Origin: an uncultured Gammaproteobacteria bacterium
GTDB taxonomy: Bacteria > Patescibacteriota > Microgenomatia > Levybacterales > UBA12049
DNA length: 64,000 nucleotides
Assembly (NCBI GenBank): GCA_965230895.1
Contig: OZ246394.1
Span: 1,313,887 to 1,377,886 of the forward strand
Direction of reading: 5' to 3'
Positions 50,800 to 60,956 of the stretch are shown piece after piece; positions within the stretch are counted from its first letter, which is position 1; the number at the start of each line of letters is the position of its first letter. Position numbers and translations under genes: made by a program. A model generated the notes under the pieces. That model was given only the letters and a program-made list of their open reading frames with translations, was not told the DNA's origin and did no database searches.

Positions 50800-51147
50800 T
50801 TATTCCCAAAGTTCTGTGAACATACCTTTGCAGAGTAGCTCTTGTTCCCGAAGGGGAGTGATCCTCTCAATCTTAAATCCCAATCCTTTCGCGATGTCAT
50901 CTACCTGTGCTTGTGGTATATGTCTGCTACAAGCTTTCCATTCCGCTATATGCTGCGCATATTCAGTGGTAAGAAATTCTGCGATAACTTCCAATATATC
51001 TGCTCCTTTAATTTCTCCTTCAGGAGTAACTGTATAGAGTTTGGCGCTGTGATAGTAGAGAAGCTTCCATTCATTCCCATCAGATTCGTAAATACGAAAA
51101 ATAATTTCTATGCTATCGAGAAGAATAACACCATATCTGTGGTCCAT
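50800..51147 (-). CDS. Hypothetical protein
   Basis: A 115-aa ORF immediately downstream of the XRE regulator. Confidence 0.4.
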   Translation of the reverse strand: MDHRYGVILLDSIEIIFRIYESDGNEWKLLYYHSAKLYTVTPEGEIKGADILEVIAEFLTTEYAQHIAEWKACSRHIPQAQVDDIAKGLGFKIERITPLREQELLCKGMFTELWE

Positions 51148-51187
51148 ATATCCAATATTATGAGAATATGGTATGATATGTCAAGAA

Positions 51188-51508
51188 TTACTTTCCAGCT
51201 TTTTTGAGGAGTTTTTTCACTTCAAGAAGTTCTCGTTCAATGATGAGAAGCTTGCTTGTAATAGTTGCATCATCAGTATTTTCTTGGGTAAAGTAGCTGA
51301 TCGGACGTTCTGTTGCTTCAGCAATTTTCTTTAATTTAGCAAATGGAGGAGTACTTCGGCCTTGCTCATAACTTGAAACAGACTTGTCTGAAACACCAAT
51401 ACTTTTGCCGAGAGCTGATTGGGAAAGACGTGCTTCTTGTCGAGCTGTCCTGATTCTTTGGGACAATTCATTGAGTGTTTCATTTTTTGCTGGGTCTGTT
51501 CTGTTCAT
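51188..51508 (-). CDS. XRE-family helix-turn-helix transcriptional regulator
   Basis: LSQSALGKSIGVSDKSVSSYEQGRSTP, a classic XRE HTH. Confidence 0.75.
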   Translation of the reverse strand: MNRTDPAKNETLNELSQRIRTARQEARLSQSALGKSIGVSDKSVSSYEQGRSTPPFAKLKKIAEATERPISYFTQENTDDATITSKLLIIERELLEVKKLLKKAGK

Positions 51509-51529
51509 GGAGGTTATTATACACCAAAG

Positions 51530-52231
51530 ATGGTACTAAAAAGCAAGCTCAACATTAAAGATATGCCATTTTCCTCTCGTCCGAGGGAAAAGTTAGAAAC
51601 GAATGGGCGGTCGCATCTATCAGATGTAGAGTTGTTAGCGATCCTTTTAGGGAGTGGGTCAGCAAAACATACTGTTTTGCAGTTGAGCCAGAATCTTTTA
51701 GAAAAAATTCCATTAGAACATTTTGATTCAGTTACAAGAAAACAGCTGATGCAGTTTCTAGGAATTGGGATTTCAAAAGCATCTACTATCCTTGCAGCAA
51801 TAGAATTGGGCGAAAGGATATTTGCTCCAGCAGCGCTTACAAAAGTGCTTGTACGCTCAACTGAGGACGCGCTAGAGCAATTAAAAGAATATACCCAGAA
51901 GAGACAAGAATACCTTAACGTTTTATATTTAAATGCCCGACATGAACTACTTCAGAAGGAAGTTATTGGAATAGGCAGTCTAAATGCTATGGTCATTACC
52001 CCAAAAGAAATCTATAGTCCTGCACTCTCGATTCCATGTTCTTCAATTATCGTTTCCCACAATCATCCATCTGGTGATCCAGATCCATCAGATGATGACA
52101 TCACATTTACGCGACGGATTCATGAAGCGGGGGAAATATTAGGGATTACATTGCTTGATCATCTTGTCCTAGCTAAAACGAGTTACTTCTCATTTAAAGA
52201 GAATAAAAAACTTGCATACCTAAGAAAATGA
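51530..52231 (+). CDS. radC: RadC-like JAB/MPN domain protein
   Basis: N-terminal ...IKDMPFSSRPREKLE...LSDVELLAILLGSG, and C-terminal ...VSHNHPSGDPDPSDDD (a JAMM-like HNHPSG motif). The ORF-track start at 51419 would overlap the XRE gene. Confidence 0.75.
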   Translation: MVLKSKLNIKDMPFSSRPREKLETNGRSHLSDVELLAILLGSGSAKHTVLQLSQNLLEKIPLEHFDSVTRKQLMQFLGIGISKASTILAAIELGERIFAPAALTKVLVRSTEDALEQLKEYTQKRQEYLNVLYLNARHELLQKEVIGIGSLNAMVITPKEIYSPALSIPCSSIIVSHNHPSGDPDPSDDDITFTRRIHEAGEILGITLLDHLVLAKTSYFSFKENKKLAYLRK

Positions 52232-53064
52232 GTTATAATACTCAGATGAATAGTGAAACAGGCCCAAAGCCTGGAAATGAAGCTCGAGATACAAGTAGCA
52301 CAGGTTCATTTCGTGGTGGAGAAGGCACGCCTCCTCCAATGCCTCGTGTACGATCTTTGCCCCCAGACACCCATAGAACTCTCCCAGTACGAGAAGCAGC
52401 TGCATTGCATGTTTTAGGACATCCTGATGCCGCAGTCCCCAAAGCACTTGCACGACAAATTGATGCTGCTGAAAGTGCTGAACTAGCAGCACGAGTACGA
52501 GAAAATGGTCCAGTTTCTCCACAAATGGATGCTGCTTTAACCGCTGTAGAAGAGGGGGTCGATAGTCAAATCTCTGGTCATAAGCCATTATCAAAAGGAC
52601 AAATACGAGCACGTCGGGCAGTTGTTGCGGCAGCTACTGTTGCAGCGGCTGGATATACTGGATATCAAACTGTTGATAACGCAATGCAGGTTCCAGAACG
52701 TGCCGTTGCACGAGCAACAAGTGAAATTCCTGCAGAAATCGGAACTGAAAAGATAACTATTTTTGGTAGAGACTTTGACGTTCCATCTATTAAGAAGACA
52801 CTTGAAGGCCGAGATCAAAGAGTTGCTCAAGCCCAAGAATCACTTGATGATGCAATTGATGGAACTGTAACAAATGGATTATGGACGATAGGTCTTATCT
52901 TGGGAGGGATCGGTACAGATAAGCTTGCTAAGCGGGGAGTTGCTCCAGTAAATGCTACACGGAGAAGATTAGGTTCAAGAAAAGAAAAAGGTGGTTGGGC
53001 TTCATTAGGAACGACCAAAGAACAAATGAAGCAGCACTTCAATTACCAACGAAGAAGACAATAA
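52228..53064 (+). CDS. Hypothetical Ala/Arg/Pro-rich protein with atypical composition
   Basis: 278 aa. Its GC content and Ala/Arg content are higher than in the rest of the window. I found no recognised domain. Confidence 0.45.
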   Translation: MSYNTQMNSETGPKPGNEARDTSSTGSFRGGEGTPPPMPRVRSLPPDTHRTLPVREAAALHVLGHPDAAVPKALARQIDAAESAELAARVRENGPVSPQMDAALTAVEEGVDSQISGHKPLSKGQIRARRAVVAAATVAAAGYTGYQTVDNAMQVPERAVARATSEIPAEIGTEKITIFGRDFDVPSIKKTLEGRDQRVAQAQESLDDAIDGTVTNGLWTIGLILGGIGTDKLAKRGVAPVNATRRRLGSRKEKGGWASLGTTKEQMKQHFNYQRRRQ

Positions 53065-53188
53065 ACTTCCTGAATCATCTCATTCTTTTCGGAATCCCTG
53101 TAAGCGATTTTCTAGAAACAATATTCAAACCGTTGTAGAAGGGGTTTCTATAGGGGATGGAGCAGAAATATATTTGTTTTGACTTTGT

Positions 53189-53258
53189 TGCGGAGCTAGG
53201 AGTTGAACCTAGCCTGTGAGATTATGAGCCTCACGTGCACCGTACACTACCCCGCGTA
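53189..53258 (-). tRNA. tRNA-like element with a CAT anticodon and a truncated D-arm. It may be a degenerate or atypical tRNA-Met.
   Basis: The reverse complement reads gcggggt-a-gtgt acggt gcac-gtgagg ctcataa tctcac-aggc-tagg ttcaact ccta-gctccgc-a. The acceptor, anticodon and T arms fold well. The D-loop has only about 5 nt, and a single nucleotide separates the acceptor from the D-stem. Confidence 0.45.
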
Positions 53259-53316
53259 TAGGCTACTAGTATACCATTTGCGTTAGCCTTGGTCAAATTG
53301 GTATAATCATCGGTAC

Positions 53317-53390
53317 GCCAGGGTAGCTCAGTTGGTTAGAGCATAGGATTCATAAACCTAAGGTCGTGGGTTCAACTCCCACCCCTGGTA
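53317..53390 (+). tRNA. tRNA-Met (CAT anticodon). The sequence cannot tell whether it is an initiator, an elongator, or a lysidine-modified Ile tRNA.
   Basis: gccaggg-ta-gctc agttggttag agc-a-tagga ttcataa accta-aggtc-gtggg ttcaact cccac-ccctggt-a. Confidence 0.8.
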
Positions 53391-53412
53391 CTTAAGATTA
53401 GCAAACCTCATT

Positions 53413-54798
53413 ATGGCAAAATTTCCACAAGATACAGATTGGCAAAATAAAAAGATAGCAGTTCTTGGCTTAGGCGTAGAAGGGCTTTCAACACTGCAAT
53501 ATCTTCAAAGAAAGAGTACAAACCTTTGGGTCTTAGATAAGAGACAAATGGATGATATTGATACATCTTTGTTAACGGCTGCAGAAGAGACCGGTGCACA
53601 GTTTGTTTTAGGGAAGGACTATCTTGAGAATCTTTCTGATTATGACATCATCATCCGAAGTCCTGGAATTAAAAGAACTACTCCTGCAATCCTCGAGGCG
53701 GAGAAGAAAGGGACAATTATCACATCTCAAACAAAGCTCTTCTTCGACCTCTGTCCAGCACAAATTATTGGTGTAACTGGCACAAAGGGTAAAGGCACAA
53801 CTTCAAGTTTGATTTACGAGATGCTCAAAGCTTCAGGGGAAGATGTTTACCTGGGGGGTAATATCGGTGTTCCGCCTTTGACTTTTATTGACAGACTACA
53901 GTCCTCATCATGGGTAGTTTTAGAGCTTTCAAGTTTTCAATTACAGGATCTTCATAAGAGTCCGCATATTGCGGTTATGCTCATGGTGACGAGTGAGCAC
54001 CTGGACCATCATGCAACTGTAGAGGAATATGTTGAAGCAAAAAGAAATATCCTTTCTCATCAAACAAAAGATGACTTTGCTATCGTAAATCGCGATTATC
54101 CAGCTTCAAATGAATCAGACGTATATTCTGATGGAAAAGTATTTTATGTTTCGAGAGAACGGGAAACCGATAATGCTTGTTTTGCCTTTGGTGATAGAGT
54201 TGTCATTCGCAAAAATGGTAACGATACAGAGATCATCAAAAAGAAAGAGATTTTACTTCCAGGCAAACACAACCTCGAAAACGTATGCGCTGCAATTATG
54301 GCTGCAAGTCTTGCGGGTGTAGGAACAAAGCACATGGTTGATGTGCTCAAGTCATTTAAAGGTTTAGAGCATCGGTTGGAATTGGTTCGTGAGATAGATG
54401 ATGTGAAATACTATGACGATTCATTCTCAACAACTCCAGAAACAGCCATTGCAGCAATTGAAGCGTTTGAGCAGCCAAAAATCCTTATTCTTGGTGGATC
54501 GAGTAAAGGAAGCGACTTTACCGAACTTGGGAAGGTAATTCGTGAGACTGAAAGTATAAAAGCTATTATTGGGGTTGGAGAAGAGTGGTTTGCTATCAAA
54601 GAGCAAATTGGTGATAAAATTGCGGAGATGGATATTGTAGAAAATGCAGATACAATGTCGGCAGTTGTACATGCAGCAAAAGAGCGAGCAAAGAAAGGGG
54701 ATATTGTGCTCCTCAGCCCTGCATGTGCAAGCTTTGGGATGTTTAAAAACTATAAGGATCGAGGAGAGCAATTTAAGCAAGAAGTGGCTAAACTTTAG
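53413..54798 (+). CDS. murD: UDP-N-acetylmuramoylalanine--D-glutamate ligase
   Basis: N-terminal Rossmann KKIAVLGLGVEGLS, and the Mur ligase P-loop IIGVTGTKGKGTTS. Confidence 0.9.
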   Translation: MAKFPQDTDWQNKKIAVLGLGVEGLSTLQYLQRKSTNLWVLDKRQMDDIDTSLLTAAEETGAQFVLGKDYLENLSDYDIIIRSPGIKRTTPAILEAEKKGTIITSQTKLFFDLCPAQIIGVTGTKGKGTTSSLIYEMLKASGEDVYLGGNIGVPPLTFIDRLQSSSWVVLELSSFQLQDLHKSPHIAVMLMVTSEHLDHHATVEEYVEAKRNILSHQTKDDFAIVNRDYPASNESDVYSDGKVFYVSRERETDNACFAFGDRVVIRKNGNDTEIIKKKEILLPGKHNLENVCAAIMAASLAGVGTKHMVDVLKSFKGLEHRLELVREIDDVKYYDDSFSTTPETAIAAIEAFEQPKILILGGSSKGSDFTELGKVIRETESIKAIIGVGEEWFAIKEQIGDKIAEMDIVENADTMSAVVHAAKERAKKGDIVLLSPACASFGMFKNYKDRGEQFKQEVAKL

Positions 54799-54886
54799 GT
54801 TTTGTAAGAGCTCTGCAAAAGTTCTTAAATGGTAAGATTTACTACTAGCATGGGCACAATGTTTATGTTATACTGACACGTAATTT

Positions 54887-56767
54887 ATGGCTGGAAATGG
54901 TAAGAAGCAGGCAGGAGACGGACGAAAAAAGGTAGTCAAATTTAAGACGAAGTTTTCCTGGAAAAATTTATTATTGTATTTCTTTCTTATCGTGTTTGCC
55001 TTGTTCTTCTTTTCTGCATTCACAAGTCCTCCTGAAGACCGCAAAAATGTAACGCTCTCTGAAATAATTGCTTCAGTCGAAAAAGGTGAAGTCAAAGAAA
55101 TTGTTGTGAATAATAATAATCTCGTTGCTACCAAGGAAAACGGGGAGAAGATTCAAGCGTCTAAAGAGCCAAATGCTAATGTCTACACATTATTCAAAGA
55201 TGCAGGTACAACACTTGATCCAACTAAGGTAAAAGTAGATGTCAAAGATCAATCTGGGGCAGCAAATTGGATTAACATTACTTCAGCACTACTTCCAGTG
55301 CTTCTTATGATTGCATTCTTTTATTTTATATTCCGCCAAGCTCGTGGAACGCAGGAAAGCATTTTCTCATTCGGTCAATCTCGAGCAAAACTCTTTAATC
55401 GCGATAATCCAAAGGTAACCTTCGCAAATGTTGCAGGTGTTGATGAAGCAAAGCAGGAACTTTCAGAAATCGTTGATTTCTTAAAGAATCCAGTGAAATA
55501 TCGAGTTATGGGTGCTCGAACACCAAAAGGTGTCTTAATGGTTGGACCCGCAGGAACTGGTAAGACATTATTAGCTCGAGCTACAGCAGGCGAAGCAAAT
55601 GTGTCATTCTTCTCAATGGCTGGTTCTGAATTTATGGAAATGCTTGTCGGTGTCGGTGCATCTCGTGTTCGAGATCTATTCAACACAGCAAAGAAAGCAC
55701 AACCAGCAATCATCTTTATTGATGAAATCGATGCAATCGGACGTCAGCGTGGCATGGGAATCATGGGTGGTCATGATGAAAGAGAGCAAACCTTAAATCA
55801 GATCTTGGTTGAAATGGATGGATTTACACCAAATGAAAATGTTGTTGTTATCGCAGCTACAAACAGACCAGATGTTTTGGATCCAGCGCTTGTTCGCCCA
55901 GGACGTTTTGATCGAAGAGTCATGCTTGATCTTCCAGATGTTGAAGGCCGAAAGAAGATCTTGGCGATCCATGCAAAAGGCAAACCAATGGATCCGAAGG
56001 TGAATTGGGAAAAGGTCGCGAAGAGAACAGTTGGATTCTCAGGAGCTGATCTTGAAAACATGCTTAATGAAGCGGCAATCGGAGCAGCACGACTTAATAA
56101 GAAGGCAATTGATATGTCTGATCTGGAAGAATCTGCAACTCGTGTCAAACTCGGTCCTGAAAAGAAGCGACTTCAATCAGAACAAGATCGTCGGATGACT
56201 GCGTACCATGAAGCTGGCCACGCACTTGTTGGATGGGAAATGCCACACATCGATCCGATCCACAGAATCTCTATTGTTTCTCGTGGTATGTCTCTTGGTC
56301 ATACGATGACAGAACCAATTGATAAGGTCCATGAAACAAAGAAGGGATTATTCGAGCAAATCGCCATGATGATGGGGGGACAAGCTGCAGAACGATTAAT
56401 CTTTGATGATGTTACAACGGGTGCATCAAATGACATTGAAAAAGCTTCTCATGTTGCTCGAGCAATGGTTACAAAGTTCGGAATGGGGGACATTGGTCCT
56501 GTGAACTTTGATACAGAACAAACACAATATCAGCCAAGTGATGTCAGTCCAGAAATGGCTGCAAAGATTGATGCTGAAATCACTCGAATCTCAGAGGAAG
56601 CATATAGGCAAGCGACAGATATTTTGACACGAAATCGAGACAAGCTTGACCTTATCGCTGAAGAACTTTTGAAGAAAGAAACAATTGATTCAGAAGATTT
56701 TGTGAAGTTAATTGGTCCAAAGAAAGAGTTGGCATCAGCACCGAAAGCTAAATCTTCAAAGAAATAA
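54887..56767 (+). CDS. ftsH: ATP-dependent zinc metalloprotease FtsH
   Basis: N-terminal TM helices, AAA+ Walker [10 protein letters not shown], the SRH region, and the zinc-binding HEAGHAL. Confidence 0.95.
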   Translation: MAGNGKKQAGDGRKKVVKFKTKFSWKNLLLYFFLIVFALFFFSAFTSPPEDRKNVTLSEIIASVEKGEVKEIVVNNNNLVATKENGEKIQASKEPNANVYTLFKDAGTTLDPTKVKVDVKDQSGAANWINITSALLPVLLMIAFFYFIFRQARGTQESIFSFGQSRAKLFNRDNPKVTFANVAGVDEAKQELSEIVDFLKNPVKYRVMGARTPKGVLMVGPAGTGKTLLARATAGEANVSFFSMAGSEFMEMLVGVGASRVRDLFNTAKKAQPAIIFIDEIDAIGRQRGMGIMGGHDEREQTLNQILVEMDGFTPNENVVVIAATNRPDVLDPALVRPGRFDRRVMLDLPDVEGRKKILAIHAKGKPMDPKVNWEKVAKRTVGFSGADLENMLNEAAIGAARLNKKAIDMSDLEESATRVKLGPEKKRLQSEQDRRMTAYHEAGHALVGWEMPHIDPIHRISIVSRGMSLGHTMTEPIDKVHETKKGLFEQIAMMMGGQAAERLIFDDVTTGASNDIEKASHVARAMVTKFGMGDIGPVNFDTEQTQYQPSDVSPEMAAKIDAEITRISEEAYRQATDILTRNRDKLDLIAEELLKKETIDSEDFVKLIGPKKELASAPKAKSSKK

Positions 56768-56768
56768 T

Positions 56769-57086
56769 TTAGTCTTCAGAGAAAGGCTCTTCGCCAGTAT
56801 TCCTTTGCTTTCGTTCCCAAATCCTTAATTTCTGTTCAGGACTTAATCCCGCTTCTGTAGCCATAGCATCAAGCCATGCTTGACCTTCCAGTAATACTCT
56901 TCGTCTTACCTCTGCTTCAGTATAATTCGTAGCAGCCCGCAATGTAGCGGGTGAAGGATACGTTTCCTCGAATACTATCTTTGTAAACTCTGTACCTAGA
57001 GTTGCTGTATCAATTTGTTCTTGAAGTTTCTTACGCCTCTCAACAAATTTTCTTTGCGCATCATTTCTTGGTTCTCGTTCCGTCAT
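56769..57086 (-). CDS. Hypothetical protein
   Basis: ORF taken from the internal Met (MTEREPRN...). No recognised motif. Weak. Confidence 0.3.
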   Translation of the reverse strand: MTEREPRNDAQRKFVERRKKLQEQIDTATLGTEFTKIVFEETYPSPATLRAATNYTEAEVRRRVLLEGQAWLDAMATEAGLSPEQKLRIWERKQRNTGEEPFSED

Positions 57087-57125
57087 TTGCGCATTATAGC
57101 ATGGTAGTGTGTTAGAATATTCCTT

Positions 57126-58028
57126 ATGAAAAAGCTTCTTTTGATTGATGGAAATGCAATTCTGCATCGTGCATATCACGCATATCCGCCTCTGACCAAT
57201 CCGCAAGGGGAAATCATCAATGCAGTATTTGGCTATTTCTCAATGTTGCTTACAGTTCTTGCAGACCAGAAACCTGATTATCTTGTGGTTTGTTTTGATC
57301 GTTCAAAGCCAACTGTCCGTACAGAACTGTTTGCAGGCTATCATGCACATCGTCCACAGATAGATGAAGTCTTTCGTAATCAGATTAAGATTGTTGATGA
57401 AATCCTTGAAAAGATGAATGTCTCAGTTTTTACACTTGAAGGATATGAAGCAGATGATTTGATCGGCACGATTTCTAGGAGAGCGGTTGAAGAATATAAC
57501 GAAGAAGTCGTCATCGTCACAGGGGATCGCGACTTACTCCAATTAGTTACACCAAAGATCAAAGTCCTTATGCCATTGGTTGGACTTACCAAAACAGTGC
57601 TGATGGGGGAAGAAGAAGTTGAAGCAAAATATGGAGTACATCCAAGACAATTCATCGATTACAAAGCACTAATTGGTGATGCGTCAGATGGGTATCCTGG
57701 TGTGACTGGTATTGGTCCAAAGGGTGCTGCAAAACTGTTACAGGATTACAAAACATTTGAAAATCTCTATGAACATGTTGGTGAATTGCCTGTGAAGACT
57801 GGTTTGAAGCTCGCAACTGATGCAGAGCAAGCAGCTTTGGCAAAGAAACTTGCAACGATTATCCAGGATGCTCCTATCCAATTTGATCTACTCAAATGTG
57901 ATACAAAACATTTCAATATCAAAGCGCTTCGTCAATGTTTCCGTGAGCAGGGCTTCAATAGTTTGCTGACAAGATTGGATACAATGTTTGGTAAAGAAGA
58001 GACAGACGAACAATTAGAACTCATATGA
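57126..58028 (+). CDS. Standalone 5'-3' exonuclease (Pol I N-terminal domain / FEN-like)
   Basis: LLLIDGNAILHRAYHA..., ...VTGDRDLLQLV..., ...GIGPKGAAKLL (H3TH). Confidence 0.9.
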   Translation: MKKLLLIDGNAILHRAYHAYPPLTNPQGEIINAVFGYFSMLLTVLADQKPDYLVVCFDRSKPTVRTELFAGYHAHRPQIDEVFRNQIKIVDEILEKMNVSVFTLEGYEADDLIGTISRRAVEEYNEEVVIVTGDRDLLQLVTPKIKVLMPLVGLTKTVLMGEEEVEAKYGVHPRQFIDYKALIGDASDGYPGVTGIGPKGAAKLLQDYKTFENLYEHVGELPVKTGLKLATDAEQAALAKKLATIIQDAPIQFDLLKCDTKHFNIKALRQCFREQGFNSLLTRLDTMFGKEETDEQLELI

Positions 58029-58675
58029 ATATCCCATCACACATAAAAGCAGTTATCTTTGATATGGATGGACTGCTTATTGATTCTGAGCCGTATTGGC
58101 AAAAAGCTGATGCCAAAGTCTTTGCTCGACATGGCAAGAGACATTCTCCAGAGATAAACAAACAAATTATGGGGATGGGGCATAAGCAGATTGCAGAACA
58201 TTTTAAAAGGAAGTATGGATTTGAGAAAGAGAGAGATGCGCTGGTCAAAGAGCGCAAAGATACCTTTTACGAAACGATAATGGGCGATTTGCAACTGATG
58301 GAAGGAGCTAAAGAATTGATTCAAGCTTTGTACGACCAAAATTATGCCATGGCAATTGCAACAAGTGGCCACAGCACAGAGAAGACTGCTGAGATCTTGG
58401 AGAAACTCGACTTGGATGTGTATATCCCGATTTTAGTTTCTGGTGACGATGTCAAACGGAGTAAACCTGACCCTGAAATTTATCTTAAAGCCGCACAAGA
58501 ATTACATGTTGATCCGAAAGATTGTCTTGTCGTTGAAGATGCTCCAAATGGGGCAAAAGCGGGGAAAGCTGCGGGAATGATGGTGTATGGAATTAATAAA
58601 GATAAAGAACTTGCAAAAAATCTTGAGAAAGAAAAAGCGGATAAAGTATTTGAGAGTTTAAAAGAAATTCTTTAG
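58025..58675 (+). CDS. HAD-superfamily hydrolase (beta-phosphoglucomutase-like)
   Basis: Motif I VIFDMDGLLIDSE and motif IV EDAPNGAKAGKAAGM. Confidence 0.85.
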   Translation: MNIPSHIKAVIFDMDGLLIDSEPYWQKADAKVFARHGKRHSPEINKQIMGMGHKQIAEHFKRKYGFEKERDALVKERKDTFYETIMGDLQLMEGAKELIQALYDQNYAMAIATSGHSTEKTAEILEKLDLDVYIPILVSGDDVKRSKPDPEIYLKAAQELHVDPKDCLVVEDAPNGAKAGKAAGMMVYGINKDKELAKNLEKEKADKVFESLKEIL

Positions 58676-58905
58676 TAAGCTCTGTAATATCGTCCTCGGA
58701 AGTAGTCTGGCACCATAAGATCTCTTGTAATTCTTTCTCCACCAGATTTTAAGGCATTTCGTTGCCGATCTTCTATTGCACTAAATTGTTCATCCAAAGC
58801 TCTTCCTGAATACCATGTACCTATTTGCTGTCCGTGCTTATTAAATTCAGGGCGAGTATCTGATCTTTCTTGTGATGGGCGTACTGATTCTGGTCGTGCT
58901 GGCAT
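58672..58905 (-). CDS. Small hypothetical protein
   Basis: A 77-aa ORF with no recognised motif. Possibly spurious. Confidence 0.25.
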   Translation of the reverse strand: MPARPESVRPSQERSDTRPEFNKHGQQIGTWYSGRALDEQFSAIEDRQRNALKSGGERITRDLMVPDYFRGRYYRAY

Positions 58906-58983
58906 GAGGTGATTATAACTTATTATTTTAGCCTGTCAATCATGTATAATCACAGAAGAGTCCTTCGATGGACTTAGGATAAA

Positions 58984-60084
58984 ATGCGAGTTGCTTTGGT
59001 ACATGATTACATTAAAGAGTATGGTGGAGCGGAACGAGTTCTGGAAGCTCTGACTGAAGCATATCCTAATGCTCCAATTTATACTGCATTTTATAAAAAA
59101 GATTCTGCAGCTTACGAACGCTTCAAACACAAAAAGATTCGTACTTCATGGGTTCATTACATCCCAGGGTTTTCAACCAAACTTCACAGTCCACTTCGAT
59201 TTCTTGCTCCAATGATTTGGGGTGGTTTTGATTTCAGTAAATATGATGTCGTGATCGGATCTGCAAGCTGGTATGTGACTAAAGGGTTTCCCAACAAGGG
59301 TAATGCAGTTGAAGTATGCTATTGTCATACGCCGCCGCGATGGTTGTATGGATATAAAACTTCAGTTGAATGGCAGCGTTTCTGGCCGATCAAAATCTAT
59401 GGCATGATCATTGGACATTTTATGCGCCAATATGATTTCAATGCTGCACAAAAAGTTGATTATTTTGTCTCTAATTCCAAAGAGGTGCAGGGGAGAATTG
59501 AGAAGTTTTATCGTCGTGAATCAATTGTCATTTATCCACCTGTGAGTTTGCCAAAGATCCCAAAGGTTGCAAAAGGAGATTACTACTTTATTGTCTCTCG
59601 TATTGTCGGAGCAAAGGGTATTGATATGGCAATTGAAGCTGCTCGTCGTCATGGCTTTAAGCTTAAAATCGCTGGAGCATCAGCCGGCTATTACACAGGA
59701 CTTGCTGATATGAAAGAAAGCGCTCCTGAGAACGTTGAATTCCTCGGGAGAGTTTCTGATGAAGAATTGGTAAAGCTGTATGCTGGAGCAAAAGCATTTA
59801 TCGCAACTGCAACAGATGAGGATTTCGGGATTACTCCCGTTGAAGCAATGTTATGCGGAACTCCGGTTATTGCATATTATGGAGGTGGATTTAAAGAGAC
59901 TGTCATTGAAGGCAAAACCGGTGTCTTCTTCCATGAATCCAATGCCAATTCTCTTGTCCAAGCTGTACGAAAGTTTGAGAAAATGAAGCTTAACCCAAAG
60001 GATTGCCAAAAGCATGCTGAGAAGTTTTCAAAGAAACGATTTATTAAAGAGATAACTGCATTTGTTCAAAAAGTCTCTAAATAG
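58984..60084 (+). CDS. Glycosyltransferase family 4 (GT-B, glycosyl transferases group 1)
   Basis: N-terminal RVALVHDYIKEYGGAERV, and C-terminal ...EDFGITPVEAMLCGTPVIA... (E-x7-E motif). Confidence 0.85.
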   Translation: MRVALVHDYIKEYGGAERVLEALTEAYPNAPIYTAFYKKDSAAYERFKHKKIRTSWVHYIPGFSTKLHSPLRFLAPMIWGGFDFSKYDVVIGSASWYVTKGFPNKGNAVEVCYCHTPPRWLYGYKTSVEWQRFWPIKIYGMIIGHFMRQYDFNAAQKVDYFVSNSKEVQGRIEKFYRRESIVIYPPVSLPKIPKVAKGDYYFIVSRIVGAKGIDMAIEAARRHGFKLKIAGASAGYYTGLADMKESAPENVEFLGRVSDEELVKLYAGAKAFIATATDEDFGITPVEAMLCGTPVIAYYGGGFKETVIEGKTGVFFHESNANSLVQAVRKFEKMKLNPKDCQKHAEKFSKKRFIKEITAFVQKVSK

Positions 60085-60104
60085 TTCTGTGCTACAATCG
60101 GTTC

Positions 60105-60956
60105 ATGCCAGAGCTCCCAGAAGTTGAAACCATCAAACGAACGCTTCAGCATCATATCGTTGGACATATGATTCAATCAGTTGATATACATCTGCCAAAA
60201 CAATTGCATGGTAATCCGGAGAATGTCATCGGTGCAAAGATCGTTGAGGTAAAACGGTTTGGAAAAGGGTTGGTTATAGATCTGGATAATAGCTATAGCA
60301 TCACGATCCATGTAAAGATGACTGGGCAAATGCTCTATAAGAATCAGCAAACCACAAAACAAGTTATAGCAGGCAATGCCAAAGTCGATTTGCATTCATT
60401 GCCGGATAAATATACGCATGTTGTTTTCCACCTCGATAAAGACGCAGATTTATTTTATCGTGATGTACGCCAGTTTGGTTGGATAAAGATCGTTCAAAGC
60501 GATTCTGTGGCGTTTCAGCAGTATTTCAAAAGTCTTGGACCTGAACCATTGCGTGATCTTACATTACCAATGTTTCGAGCTATTTTATCCAAAAGAAAAA
60601 CTCCGGTCAAAATGCTTCTTATGGATCAGGGCTTAATCGCTGGAATAGGAAATATCTATGCCAACGATGCACTTTTCATTTCAAAAATTCATCCACAGCG
60701 TCCAGCAAATACTCTTAGCAAAACTGAACAGGAAAAGTTATTTGATGCAGTTGAAGTTGTCCTGCGGAAAGGGATTGAAGTTGGGGGAGCGAGTGAATGG
60801 TCTTATGTAGATGCGCTTGGGAAAGCTGGTAAGTATCAGGATTTTTTCCAAGTCTACAGAAAACATGGTCAACCTTGTCCTAACTGTGAAACAACGATTG
60901 AGACGATACGAATGGGAGGCAGAGGAACGTTTTTCTGCCCTAAGTGTCAGAGATAG
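60105..60956 (+). CDS. mutM: Formamidopyrimidine-DNA glycosylase
   Basis: N-terminal MPELPEVE, H2TH, and the C-terminal zinc finger CPNCETTIETIRMGGRGTFFCPKCQ. Confidence 0.9.
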   Translation: MPELPEVETIKRTLQHHIVGHMIQSVDIHLPKQLHGNPENVIGAKIVEVKRFGKGLVIDLDNSYSITIHVKMTGQMLYKNQQTTKQVIAGNAKVDLHSLPDKYTHVVFHLDKDADLFYRDVRQFGWIKIVQSDSVAFQQYFKSLGPEPLRDLTLPMFRAILSKRKTPVKMLLMDQGLIAGIGNIYANDALFISKIHPQRPANTLSKTEQEKLFDAVEVVLRKGIEVGGASEWSYVDALGKAGKYQDFFQVYRKHGQPCPNCETTIETIRMGGRGTFFCPKCQR

